From an uncultured Trueperaceae bacterium (GTDB lineage Bacteria; Deinococcota; Deinococci; Deinococcales; Trueperaceae): a stretch of 64,000 bases of DNA. The stretch is from positions 256,001-320,000 of the forward strand of contig CAWCXJ010000006.1 in assembly GCA_963799485.1 (NCBI GenBank). Reading direction: 5' to 3'. Positions 27,837-41,896 of the stretch are shown here, piece by piece (the stretch's first letter is position 1; every line of letters starts with the position of its first letter). The notes under the pieces are model-generated. The model made no database searches. It was given only the letters and a program-made list of their open reading frames with translations, and was not told where the DNA came from. Both the position numbers and the translations under genes were made by a program.

Positions 27837-28955
27837 TTATTGTGTGCGGAAATCGGTTACGACAACCTCGCCGTCGACAATCTGCTGACGGGTCGCCTCG
27901 AGCTCGTCGATTACACTTTGCGGAATAAGCGCTTCGTTGTACTCGTCGACGGCGTAACCCACGCCGTCTTCGGCTAAACCGAGGTTTTGTACGCCGCCTT
28001 CAAAGTTCCCGTCTACCACGTCGTAAACCGCGTTGTAGGCGGCGGTATCGACGCGCTTAAGCATACTCGTCAGGCCGAAGTTCAGAGTCGCCGGGTTACC
28101 GTCGGTATCGCCGCGCGGGTTCTGGTTCGAGTCCACGCCGATGAAAAAGAGCGGTTGGCTGTTGTCGCCACACTTCTGGGTGTAAGCAGCCGGTTTTTCG
28201 AGGTCGGGCAGTACGTCGGCGAGTGGCGACGTGCGCAGTTCACCCTGCGGCTGATAGCACATCGTCTGATTGACGAAATCGATCACACCGTTGCCCGAAG
28301 CTCCGGCTGCGGCGTACATGATATCTGCGCCCTGCGCCCGCTGGGTGGTAGCGAGTTCACGGGCGCGGGCGGGGTCGTTCCAGGCGGCGGGCGTCGAACC
28401 GACGTAGTTCGATAAGACGGTGCAGTCGGGGCAAGCCGCCTTGACGCCTTCTTGATAGCCGAGGTCAAAAGCGCGAATCAGCGGGATATCCATTCCGCCG
28501 ACGAAGCCGACCGTCCCGGTCTGGGTCATCGTTCCGGCGAGGTAGCCGACCAGGTAGCTGCCCTCTTGCTCCTTAAAGAGGACGCTCCGCACGTTCGGGT
28601 TTTCGGCAACCGCGTCGATTAGGACAAAGTTGGTATTGGGAAACTCACTCGAGACCGCCGTAATCGCGTCGGCTTGCAAAAAGCCGGGGGCGAGGATAAG
28701 CTCCGCGCCCTGCGAGGCGATGTTACGTTGCCCTTCGGCGGCGGTGTCGGGGGTGCCTTCAAACTCCAAAACGTCGATAGCGAGGCCGTCTTCTTCTTCT
28801 AGCTCCTGCACGGCCTGCGACAGACCGTTAAACGTCCCTTCGTTAAACGAACCGTCGAACTTGCCTCCGGCGTCGTAGGTAATCCCGAAAACGTAGTCCT
28901 GGGCCGCTGCGAGCGGCAAACCTAGCGCCAGAAGTGATAGCAAAACTTTACGCAT
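27837..28955 (-). CDS. BMP/PnrA-family substrate-binding protein
   Basis: YDAGGKFDGSFNE, FKEQEGSYLVG, AAAGASGNG, FIGVDSNQ, TSMLKRVD. Confidence 0.9.
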   Translation of the reverse strand: MRKVLLSLLALGLPLAAAQDYVFGITYDAGGKFDGSFNEGTFNGLSQAVQELEEEDGLAIDVLEFEGTPDTAAEGQRNIASQGAELILAPGFLQADAITAVSSEFPNTNFVLIDAVAENPNVRSVLFKEQEGSYLVGYLAGTMTQTGTVGFVGGMDIPLIRAFDLGYQEGVKAACPDCTVLSNYVGSTPAAWNDPARARELATTQRAQGADIMYAAAGASGNGVIDFVNQTMCYQPQGELRTSPLADVLPDLEKPAAYTQKCGDNSQPLFFIGVDSNQNPRGDTDGNPATLNFGLTSMLKRVDTAAYNAVYDVVDGNFEGGVQNLGLAEDGVGYAVDEYNEALIPQSVIDELEATRQQIVDGEVVVTDFRTQ

Positions 28956-29088
28956 GTATCCTCCTAAAAGTATGGGTGAAGCCCATACACGAGTATAGCA
29001 GCCGACGCCGGGCTATTCGCGGGTAGCTCGTTGCGGCTGTCGTTGCGGCGGTCATCATAGCCGTTAAAGTAGCCGATGCGCTAGCGTT

Positions 29089-30346
29089 TTAGGTGCGACG
29101 AACGCGGCCCTTGTCGAGCGCCGTCTCTATCCTTGGTGTCGGCATTCTTGGTGTCGGCTCCGTAACCAGCGAAGGCAGCCGCAACGTGTACGCCTGCCGC
29201 GTCGCCATAAGCGTCAGGAGCGCCCAGACGTACTGCGCGTCCTCGACGTTCGAGGGCAGCATCGACACCACGAGCGCCAGCCAAAAGCATAGATAAAGCA
29301 TCTTTTCAGGTCCCGGCAACTTTAGCAGCGGTCTAAGAACGACCAGGAAGTTGACGATATAAAGACCGAGCCCGATGACGCCCAGCTCGACCAGAACGGT
29401 TAGAAAAGCGTTGTGGGCCGGGGCACCGCGTCCGAGAATGGGTTTGACGGCTTGAGGAAACCCGCCCGTACCGATGCCCAAAATGGGGCTCCCTGTATAT
29501 ACCTGCAGACCGGCCTTCCAGATAGAGCCCCTGCCGGTCAGGTCGCCCTCACTGATTTCGGAAGACGCTTCGGTAAGCCGGGTAAAGTTGGCAAGCGGGA
29601 TGGTCGAAGCGATAAACCCGGCTGAGAGCAGCGCAAAAACAACGACGATCACGCGGCTTTTGGCGGGCAAATGTCCGAACGTCAGCGGTACGACCAAAAG
29701 CCCGGCCAGCGCGACCAGAAAGCCCCCTCTCGAGGCGGTCAAAATAACGGCGAAGATGGCGAGCGGCAGATAGAAGTAGTTGAGCCACCTCAGCAGCCCC
29801 CGCGCCCAAAAGTTGCCTAGATACCACGCCAGCGGCAGCGCAAGTGCGATAGCCGCCGCGACCCCGTTGGGATTTCCGCCTAAAGCGGTGTAGCGTTCCA
29901 TACTCTGCGCCGAGTTCGGGACAAAGGGATTCGTAAGATAATCGAAGGCGATTTTTCCGGCGATAATGTACGCGCCCAGAACATAAGCCTGTAGTAAAAT
30001 CCGGTGGTCTTGTACGTTGCGGCAGAGCTGCCAGATGAGAATCGCCATAATTGCCAGCTGTGCATATATCGCCGCTGCCAAAACTGCGCTCAAAGGATTG
30101 ACGGTGTTCCACAAACTGCCCATCCCCGCCCAAAGCGCGAACGCCACCGTGATAAGCAGGGTAACCGCCGGTACGCGCAGCCGCAGTGTGCCGCGCCGAA
30201 GCGTTGCGCCCAAACCGGCGACGATAAGCGCTAAGCCCACCAGCCTCGAAATCGAGAGCGCGCCCCCGCCGGGCAAAGTAGATGATATCTTGCCAGGGGA
30301 GCGAGAAGAAAAAGATAACGAGCGCGTAAAAACTAAATCGGTTCAC
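29089..30346 (-). CDS. O-antigen ligase/Wzy-family membrane protein, frameshifted at about 30276
   Basis: GNPN, LTASRGG, GIGTGGF, AHNAFL..LVELG; N-terminus MNRFSFYALVIFFFSLPWQDIIY lies in another frame and joins LPGGG if one base of AAA 30275-30277 is removed. Confidence 0.82.
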
Positions 30347-30553
30347 AAATTCCCCAGTTCTTTGCCCAGCTGAGCCGCAGTACCGAACCGCAGCACCAAA
30401 CTACAGCATAGTGGGTGCTGCTATAGAGCAGCATAGCGAAAGTGTGGGCTGTTGGAGGTGATGTCTGAGCCTTTAACAGCGCCTCGGGTTCTACCGCCGG
30501 CATCTAGGCTCCAGCATCTAGGGCACTTAATTTTTGTGACCTTCCGACGGTAG

Positions 30554-33714
<3,161 letters not shown>

Positions 33715-33715
33715 G

Positions 33716-33799
33716 ACGTTGCAACCTGTACGTTGCAATCTGTACGTTGCAATCTGTACGTTGCAACCTGTATGTTGCAGCCCGTACGTTATAACCCGC
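33716..33799. repeat. Tandem array of six 14-bp units (ACGTTGCAAYCTGT)
   Basis: acgttgcaacctgt acgttgcaatctgt acgttgcaatctgt acgttgcaacctgt atgttgcagcccgt acgttataacccgc. Confidence 0.92.
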
Positions 33800-34314
33800 T
33801 AAAACAGCACCTTTTGCCAGTTGAGGTCGTCGAGCGGCGTAAAAATATCGGCGTATTCTAACAGCACCCCCGCCGACTGATTACGAAACATCGCGCACTC
33901 GACGTGCTTGCCTTTGCGTTTGATGGCCTCGACCAACTGCACGTAGTCGCCGTCGCCGGAAACGAGCAGCACCGTGTCGTAGGCGTCTTCGTAGGCGAGC
34001 TCGAGCGATTCGACCGCGATCGCCACGTCGATGCCTTTTTCTACCAGCGAACCGTCGAAGCGGCGGTGAAGCCGCCCCAACCGTACGGTCGTGTAGGGAA
34101 TTCGCCGTAAAGACTCGAAAAACCGCTGCTGTCCCTCGCGCAGGTCGTGTTCGTAGTCGTCGGTCAGGGGTGCGTTGTAGTAGTAGGTACGTACCAGCTG
34201 GCGTTTGGCGAGCAGCTGCGCGACGAGTTCTTGCAGGTTGAAGCGGGTGTTGGAAAGGTTTTCACGCATACCGTTATAGAGGTTGCTGCCGTCGATAAAG
34301 ATTGCAACGCGCAA
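33799..34314 (-). CDS. NYN (LabA/DUF88) domain protein
   Basis: IFIDGSNL, EKGIDV, VSGDGDY; TTG start after SD AGGAG. Confidence 0.9.
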   Translation of the reverse strand: MRVAIFIDGSNLYNGMRENLSNTRFNLQELVAQLLAKRQLVRTYYYNAPLTDDYEHDLREGQQRFFESLRRIPYTTVRLGRLHRRFDGSLVEKGIDVAIAVESLELAYEDAYDTVLLVSGDGDYVQLVEAIKRKGKHVECAMFRNQSAGVLLEYADIFTPLDDLNWQKVLF

Positions 34315-34780
34315 GATAAGCTCCTAGTAAATAAGCAAATTAAATAACCACCGTCAGTCTACCCGACCGGCACGCAAATAGAAAGACTTGCACCAACCGA
34401 AAGATGCGCACCAAGGCGAGGCGCGCAGGTTTCCTCGGCCCCGGACGCTGGCCCGTCCGGGCGTAGCGGCTCATGACCTTGACGGCGCGCGCTACATGCA
34501 CGGCGGCAACCCTTACCGAAACGAACGCACCGCCGTTTCCCTCGCGCCTGGAGACCGCGCCTCGGGGAAAACCGCTGCTAATCAGCTCGGCTACCACGTG
34601 CGGCGCGACCTTTCTACCGTAAAACAGGCCGATAACGTGTGCTACGCGACTTTTCTTACTATAGCTGTTTGGCTATCTCGGCCCACCTGAAACCCGGTTT
34701 GGTAAAGTAGTGCCGAGTTTACCGGTTTGAAGTATACCCGGCTCGCTGCGCCCCCCTCACAAGGGGGTAGGCTAGGCTTT

Positions 34781-35269
34781 ATGAGTTCCTACAAAACACC
34801 CGAAGCCAAAAAAGTCGCCTCGTTCGACCTCGACCACACCCGCGTCCGCGCGCCCTACGTCCGCTTGGCCGGACACTACACCGGGCCGAGTGGCGACGTG
34901 GTGAGCAAGTTCGACCTGCGCCTCGTCCAACCGAATCAGGCCGAGATCCCGACTGCGCCCTTACACACCATCGAACACCTTTTGGCCGGTTACCTGCGCG
35001 GGTCGCTCGGTGAGCTGATCGACGCGAGCCCGATGGGGTGTCGTACCGGATTCTATCTGACCGTCTTTGGTGAACCTGATGAGGCTGCGGTAGCCGAAGC
35101 GCTGAGGCGGTCGCTCGAGGCCGTAAACCACCATGAAGGTGAGATTCCCGGCTGCAGCGAGGAGCGTTGCGGTAACTTCCGCGACCACTCTTTGCCCGGT
35201 GCGAAGGCGTGGGCCGAACGCATCTTGCAAGATGAGATCATCGTGCAAGAAACTGTGCTAATCTCGTAG
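34781..35269 (+). CDS. luxS: S-ribosylhomocysteine lyase
   Basis: SFDLDHT, HTIEH, SPMGCRTGFY, CGN; start set at 34781. Confidence 0.95.
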   Translation: MSSYKTPEAKKVASFDLDHTRVRAPYVRLAGHYTGPSGDVVSKFDLRLVQPNQAEIPTAPLHTIEHLLAGYLRGSLGELIDASPMGCRTGFYLTVFGEPDEAAVAEALRRSLEAVNHHEGEIPGCSEERCGNFRDHSLPGAKAWAERILQDEIIVQETVLIS

Positions 35270-35354
35270 ACATTAAAAAGATATGAGATAACTACCCGGC
35301 ATGTTCTCACCTTGTCGGTGGGACTCTCATACTTGGGCGTCTCATAATTGCGTT

Positions 35355-36032
35355 ATGGACAGAAAACCGCTGGTTCTCATTATCGAAGATGAAAAGGAAA
35401 TTGCCAAATTTATCGACCTGGAACTTCAGGCCGAATCGTATGAAACGGTCGTAACCTACGACGGCGTAACGGGTTTATCGAAGTTTCGTGAGCTTAACCC
35501 CGATCTGGTCGTGTTAGACCTCATGCTGCCGGTTTTAGACGGGCTCGAGGTGGCGCGGCGCGTCCGCAAAACCTCGAACACGCCGATTATCATCTTGACC
35601 GCCAAAGATTCGGTCGACGACAAGGTGCAGGGGCTCGACTCGGGCGCGGACGACTACCTCGTCAAACCGTTTTCGATTGAAGAGTTGTTGGCGCGCGTAA
35701 GGGCGCATTTGCGGCGCGTCAACCCGGCTGTCACCGGCGAGGTGCGCGTTGCCGACCTGGTGATGAACTTAGACGGGCGCGAGGTCTTTCGCGACGGGCG
35801 GCGGATCGAACTCTCGGCGAAAGAGTTTGAACTGCTGGAACTTTTCGCCCGCAATCCCGGCAAGGTCTTTAACCGCTTTGAAATCGAGGAGAAGGTCTGG
35901 CCGGAATACACGGGCGGCTCGAACGTCGTCGATGTCTACGTCGGCTATTTACGGCGCAAATTGGAGGGCGAAGGAGAGCGCCGCCTGATTCACACCGTGC
36001 GCGGCGTCGGTTATGTGCTCCGCGAGGAGTAA
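35355..36032 (+). CDS. OmpR-family response regulator
   Basis: [30 protein letters not shown]; start set at 35355. Confidence 0.95.
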   Translation: MDRKPLVLIIEDEKEIAKFIDLELQAESYETVVTYDGVTGLSKFRELNPDLVVLDLMLPVLDGLEVARRVRKTSNTPIIILTAKDSVDDKVQGLDSGADDYLVKPFSIEELLARVRAHLRRVNPAVTGEVRVADLVMNLDGREVFRDGRRIELSAKEFELLELFARNPGKVFNRFEIEEKVWPEYTGGSNVVDVYVGYLRRKLEGEGERRLIHTVRGVGYVLREE

Positions 36033-36134
36033 GCGCCTGTAGACACTGCTAGCTTGTAGCGGTGCCGGCCTGAAGACCGGACAGTCACGCCTCTCATCAA
36101 CGCAGGGGGTAGCTTGAGTTCATCTGGGCGGTAA

Positions 36135-37712
36135 GTGATTGCCCGGTACGTTAAGCTGAAGTTGGATGGTGGTGTGGCTAGTTTAACGCAGGGCGCTCAT
36201 AAAACCCAGGTTGCAACCCGGCGGGCCCCGCTGGGGTTGTCGCTGCAGCTACGGTTGACGCTCTTTTTTGCCGGATTTCTGGTTTTGGTGCTGATTTTCG
36301 TCGGGGTGCTCGTTTACAGCCTGACGCGGCGCTCACTGATAGACAGCGTCGAGGTGCAGGCGAGCCAAGCTTACACGGACGTTTTAGAAGCTATCGCGCA
36401 AAATCCCTCGACCTCATCCTCGAGCCGGAGCAGCTGGGTACAGAGCTTGTCGAGCGACGCCCTGCTTTTCGTCAATATCTACTACTACGATCCCCGCGCG
36501 CCCCTGACGCCCAAGCTGTTTGCCGGGTTCGAGCGGGTTCCGAAACTGCCGACGGTCGTAGCTTCGGATGGGACGGAGCTTGCCAAGCTTGTGGGTGAAG
36601 GTCAGTTTGCCGAGTTGCAGCGCAGCGGTCGTCTAAGCACCAACGTCAAGGCTGAGGACGGCACCATCTGGGTGGTGCGGGCGGAACGCGAAATCTTCGG
36701 CATCAACGCCGACGCGCCCTTTTTCAATCCCTCTGAAAGCAGCATGGACGCGCCGACGCTCGTTGCCGTCGCCCTGCCTGTTCGCAGCGACACCATGACG
36801 CAGCTCCGCACCAACCTGATTCAAACGATTATCGTTGCGCTCCTTGTTTTTCCCTTTGGGGTGTGGCTGTTGGCGCAGCGGGCGCTGACGCCCTTGAAAC
36901 GGATGACCCGGGCGGCCTCGAGGATCTCCTCGCAAGACCTGTCGCAGCGCGTCCCGGTGTCTAAAACGCGTGATGAGGTCGGTGAACTCTCGGTGACGCT
37001 CAACCGGATGCTCGACCGCCTGCAAGAAACCCTAGAAACGCAGCGCCGCTTTACCGCCGACGCGTCGCACGAACTCCGCACCCCGGTCACGGCGATCTCC
37101 GGGCACGCGAGCTACCTTTTACGGCGCACGAAGCCGACCCCCGAACAGGTCGAACCGCTAGAGATTATTCGCGGTGAGGCGCTGCGGATGAGCAAACTCG
37201 TCAACGACCTTTTGGAACTGGCCCGCGCCGACGCCGGGCTGACCGTTAAACGCGAACCGATGAACTTCGTTGAAACCGTCGAGGCGGTCGTCAAGGAGTT
37301 GGCGCCGGTCGCGCGGGGCGCGAGTATCAAGGCTTTTTCACCGGGGCCACTCTTGGAGGTTTCCGGCGACGCGGCGCGGCTTAAACAAGTTGTTCTCAAC
37401 CTCGTCCAAAATGCGCTCAACGCAGGCTCGAGTCAGGTCAACATGTCGCTCCTCAAAGAAAAGGACTGGGCGCGGCTCGAGGTCTTGGACAACGGCCCCG
37501 GTATCCCCGAAGCGGCCCTGCCCAACTTGTTCGAGCGGTTCTACCGCGTCGACGGGGCGCGCAGCACCCGCGGCAACGGTTCGGGCTTGGGTCTCGCCAT
37601 CGTCAAATGGATTGTCGAGCAGCACGGCGGCACGGTCTCGGTCGAGTCCAAGGTGGGTGAAGGAACGGTTTTTACGGTGCTGCTGCCGGTTCTAGGGTCC
37701 GAATCCGGTTAG
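36135..37712 (+). CDS. HAMP-domain sensor histidine kinase (start uncertain, perhaps about 36174)
   Basis: Two TM helices, ASHELRTP, NLVQNA, DNGPGI, GSGLGL. Confidence 0.93.
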   Translation: MIARYVKLKLDGGVASLTQGAHKTQVATRRAPLGLSLQLRLTLFFAGFLVLVLIFVGVLVYSLTRRSLIDSVEVQASQAYTDVLEAIAQNPSTSSSSRSSWVQSLSSDALLFVNIYYYDPRAPLTPKLFAGFERVPKLPTVVASDGTELAKLVGEGQFAELQRSGRLSTNVKAEDGTIWVVRAEREIFGINADAPFFNPSESSMDAPTLVAVALPVRSDTMTQLRTNLIQTIIVALLVFPFGVWLLAQRALTPLKRMTRAASRISSQDLSQRVPVSKTRDEVGELSVTLNRMLDRLQETLETQRRFTADASHELRTPVTAISGHASYLLRRTKPTPEQVEPLEIIRGEALRMSKLVNDLLELARADAGLTVKREPMNFVETVEAVVKELAPVARGASIKAFSPGPLLEVSGDAARLKQVVLNLVQNALNAGSSQVNMSLLKEKDWARLEVLDNGPGIPEAALPNLFERFYRVDGARSTRGNGSGLGLAIVKWIVEQHGGTVSVESKVGEGTVFTVLLPVLGSESG

Positions 37713-37751
37713 CGGTCTAGAATCAAGCAGGAAACTTCTAGGCAAGCACCT

Positions 37752-38783
37752 TCAACCTGCCTGAAGTATCTGGACACCTTCGCCTTTAACGATTTCGCCG
37801 ACCTCGAACGCTTTTGGGACGAGCTTGTAAACCTTTTCCAGATTTTCCGGCGACACCACGAAAACGAAGCCGACGCCCATATTGAAGACGCTGAACAGCT
37901 CGTCCCGGTTGACGTTGCCGCGCTGCTCAATCAGCGTAAAGATTTCCGGAATGTTCCAAGCGGGCGTAATCGCTGCGCCCAAACCTTCAGGCAGGCTGCG
38001 CGGCAGGTTTCCCGGCAGACCGCCGCCCGTAACATGCGCCATCCCTTTTACTACACCGGCCTCTAAAAGTGGGGTCAGCGCCGCTAAAAAACTTTGGTGC
38101 GGAGCTAGCAGCGCGTCCCCTACAGTTAGCTTTCCCAACGGTTCGTCGTAGCTTCCTGCCAAGACATGCCGCGCCAGCGAAAACCCGTTCGTCTGCAACC
38201 CACCTGAGCCTAAACCCAGGATGACGTCACCTTCTCTGATTTTTTCACCCGTAATGATTTTGGAGCGCTCGACGACGCCGACAAGCGTTCCTACGAGGTC
38301 GAACTCGCCCGCGACGTAGACCCCCGGCAGCTCGGCGGTTTCGCCGCCCAAAAGCGGCATCCCGTGGGCTTTACACCCTTCGGCGACGCCCGTAATCAGT
38401 GCGGCGGTGAGGGGGGGCTCAAGCCTTCCCGACGCGACATAATCGAGAAAAAAGAGCGGTCTCGCGCCCTGTACCAAAAGGTCGTTGACGCAGTGATTGA
38501 CCAAATCCTGCCCGAGCGTACCGTAGCGTCCTAAAGCAGCAGCGACCTTTGTCTTCGTCCCGACACCATCGGTCGAAGCGACGAGGACGGGGGCGTCCAT
38601 GTCTTTAAGCGCACCTGCGCCAAACAGCCCGCCGAACGCGCCGAGTCCGGCGAGGACGTTCGGCGTATAGGTTGCCTTGACTGCCGTTTTAATCCGCGCC
38701 AGCGTCTCGTCGCTGGCACCCAAATCGACGCCTGCCGCGCTGTAAGTAGCGGCTGCACGGGAATTCTCGTCGGGGGGTCGCAT
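37752..38783 (-). CDS. purM: Phosphoribosylformylglycinamidine cyclo-ligase
   Basis: YSAAGVD, TDGVGTK, GGETAELP, AHVTGGG, FNMGVG. Confidence 0.96.
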   Translation of the reverse strand: MRPPDENSRAAATYSAAGVDLGASDETLARIKTAVKATYTPNVLAGLGAFGGLFGAGALKDMDAPVLVASTDGVGTKTKVAAALGRYGTLGQDLVNHCVNDLLVQGARPLFFLDYVASGRLEPPLTAALITGVAEGCKAHGMPLLGGETAELPGVYVAGEFDLVGTLVGVVERSKIITGEKIREGDVILGLGSGGLQTNGFSLARHVLAGSYDEPLGKLTVGDALLAPHQSFLAALTPLLEAGVVKGMAHVTGGGLPGNLPRSLPEGLGAAITPAWNIPEIFTLIEQRGNVNRDELFSVFNMGVGFVFVVSPENLEKVYKLVPKAFEVGEIVKGEGVQILQAG

Positions 38784-38828
38784 ACGCGCATCTTACCGTG
38801 ACCTCGGCCCGGAACGGTACACTGGTTT

Positions 38829-41075
38829 GTGACCGCCCCGACTGCCTGGCGGGTACTTCTACCCCTGCCTCTACCCGCCTTCACGTTTTTGCCGCCTCAC
38901 GGTATCGGGTTTTTGCCGCCCGCCGGGATACGGGTGGTGGTGCCGTGGCAGAGCGGCGTGCGAATCGGGATTTTAGTCGGGTTTGAACCGCTCCGGGGTG
39001 GGGCCGGCCTCGAGCTTCGTGAAGCCCTTGGCGCTCTGGACACCGAACCTTTTCTGAAAGACGGCGCCTTAAAAGTTCTGGAACGCGTTGCCGTTTATAC
39101 CTGCGCCCCCGCCGGAACCGTACTCGCCAACCTGTTACCGACGGGGCTCGGCGTACCCCTCGAGCATCACGTCCGCGCGCTGGGCGCGCTCGCTGAACCT
39201 GTTTCTGAAAGCTGGCAAGAGGCGGCAACGGTGCCACTTAAACAGCTCGAGCTGTACCGTCAGCAGGGGCTGTTAGAAGAACGGGTGCGGGTGCTGCCCG
39301 CAAAGGTTCAGCGGCTCGTACCGGTGCGCGAAGGGGACGCAGCACTCGACGGTGCAGCGCGGGCCAATCAGCGCCGGGCGCTCACCTATCTTTTCGAGTT
39401 GGGTCAGGTTGACAGCGCGGCGGCTCTGGCCCGCGCTGTGGCTGTGCCGGAAACCGCCGTGCGCGCGCTCGTCAAAAAAGGGTACGCGGACTACCGGGAG
39501 GTCGAAGCGCCACCCGCGCCGCTGACCGCCGTAAAACCTGCCGTAAAGTCTGTTGTCAGCGCAACCGAAAAAGTAAATTGTGCCTTCACCGTTCATGAGC
39601 CGACTTTAAGTGTCGCGGGGGGGACGCGGGCGGCCCGGGTCTTGAGCTTGCTGCCTCTGCTAAAGACCGACCTCGCGGCTGGCAAAAGCGTTTTGGTCTT
39701 AGCGCCCGAACAAAGCTACGCGCAGCAAGCCGCGTCGCTTTTAGCCGCACACGCCCCCGTTCACGTCCTGTTGGGCGACACCCCCGACAAAGAACGCCTC
39801 CGGTTGTGGGAGCGTTGCCGTGAACCGGAACCGTTTGTTTTGGTTGGAAGCTATCTGGCGCTGCTCTCGCCCCTCGAGCTGGGCCGGGTGGTGGTGCTCG
39901 AGGAGGGCAGCAGCGCCTACAAACTCAACCTGGGTTGCCGCGTGTTCATCCCGACCGCCGCACATTTTCTTGCAGCCGAGGCCGCTGTACCGCTCGTACT
40001 GAGCGACGCGTTTACGACGCCTGAAACGCTCGGTCTGGTTTCGCCACCCGCGCGTTTGGAGGTGCCGACCGCTGCCCCGCGTGTCCACGTGGTCGATTTG
40101 CGGGCGGGCGGCTGGCCCCTCAGCAGCGACCTCGTGCGCGTCCTCAAGCAGGTCGAGGCGCGGGGTCGTCAAGCTGTCTTGCTCGCCCCCCGCCGGGGTT
40201 TTTCGGCGGCGCTCTGCTGCGCGGCGTGTGAACACACGCTGATGTGCCCGAACTGCGACCTGCCGCTGCGCTACCACCGCGAACGCTACCTGCTGCGCTG
40301 TCATCAGTGCGGTCATCAGGGGCGCGCCCCCGACCTCTGTCCGAACTGCGGCAACCCGGCGCTGGGGCCGACGCGCGCCGCCGGGACGCAGTGGATCGCC
40401 GCCGAAGTCGCGCGCGTCGTCCCGGAACTGCTCGTCAAACGCTTCGACAGCGATAAACGCGAAGACCTGAGCGACCTGAGGGACGGCGTTCCGGGGGTAC
40501 TCGTCGCCACGACCGCATGTTTGCGTATTCCGCCGCTGCCGAATGTGTCTTTGGTCGGGGTAACGCTGCTCGACGCCTTTTTGTCGCTCGGCAATTTTCG
40601 CGCCGAGGAAGAGGCGTTCCGGCTGCTCCTCAATCTGGGCGAACTCGCTCCCGACAAGAGACCGCTGACGCTCATTCAGACCTTCGTACCGGACAGTCCG
40701 CTGCTCGAGGCCTATACCCACGGTTCAGGCGCGGCGTTCGTGCAGGCACTTTTGGAGCGTCGGCAGAGTTTTAACTATCCACCTTTTGCGGCGCTCGCCA
40801 AGGTGCAACTCAGCGCCCGCGACGCGCGCACCGCCGAGAGCGCCGCAAACTGGCTGGCGGGCGCGCTCCAGACGGCGGGCGCAACCCCGGAGGAACTGCT
40901 CGGGCCGAGCGCTGCGCCGGTGGCCCGCGTCAAGAACCGGTATTCGTATCAGCTTTTTATCCGGACTCACGCCGAAACGCTTCCCGAACGGCTTGCTCCG
41001 GCGCTCGCCTACCGGGGCGCTGCGCGGCTGCGGCTCGACATCGACCCGCGCGACGTGTCGGGGTTTCTCGAGTAA
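38829..41075 (+). CDS. priA: Primosomal protein N' with degenerate helicase motifs
   Basis: RRGFS, four CxxC pairs, YPPF, GPSAAPVARVKNRY, DIDP. Confidence 0.88.
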   Translation: MTAPTAWRVLLPLPLPAFTFLPPHGIGFLPPAGIRVVVPWQSGVRIGILVGFEPLRGGAGLELREALGALDTEPFLKDGALKVLERVAVYTCAPAGTVLANLLPTGLGVPLEHHVRALGALAEPVSESWQEAATVPLKQLELYRQQGLLEERVRVLPAKVQRLVPVREGDAALDGAARANQRRALTYLFELGQVDSAAALARAVAVPETAVRALVKKGYADYREVEAPPAPLTAVKPAVKSVVSATEKVNCAFTVHEPTLSVAGGTRAARVLSLLPLLKTDLAAGKSVLVLAPEQSYAQQAASLLAAHAPVHVLLGDTPDKERLRLWERCREPEPFVLVGSYLALLSPLELGRVVVLEEGSSAYKLNLGCRVFIPTAAHFLAAEAAVPLVLSDAFTTPETLGLVSPPARLEVPTAAPRVHVVDLRAGGWPLSSDLVRVLKQVEARGRQAVLLAPRRGFSAALCCAACEHTLMCPNCDLPLRYHRERYLLRCHQCGHQGRAPDLCPNCGNPALGPTRAAGTQWIAAEVARVVPELLVKRFDSDKREDLSDLRDGVPGVLVATTACLRIPPLPNVSLVGVTLLDAFLSLGNFRAEEEAFRLLLNLGELAPDKRPLTLIQTFVPDSPLLEAYTHGSGAAFVQALLERRQSFNYPPFAALAKVQLSARDARTAESAANWLAGALQTAGATPEELLGPSAAPVARVKNRYSYQLFIRTHAETLPERLAPALAYRGAARLRLDIDPRDVSGFLE

Positions 41076-41086
41076 AGAGACGCCTG

Positions 41087-41895
<809 letters not shown>

Positions 41896-41896
<1 letters not shown>

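Noticed and set aside
30275..30277. Frameshift in the O-antigen ligase gene as phase variation or a pseudogene
   Set aside because: The run is only 3 nt, both halves are undecayed and similar indels occur elsewhere in the window. Sequencing error is more likely; read pile-up would decide.
33716..33799. Mini-CRISPR array or RDRM (DdrO) boxes
   Set aside because: Units are contiguous with no spacers, there are no cas genes, and they do not fit the 17-bp RDRM palindrome.
34388..34690. 100-aa ORF between NYN and luxS
   Set aside because: No clear start signal or recognisable family; it may be a decayed fragment.
34781..37712. luxS plus the two-component system as an AI-2 sensing module
   Set aside because: Each has its own predicted promoter, and the kinase shows no recognisable LuxQ or dCache signature; adjacency is the only evidence.
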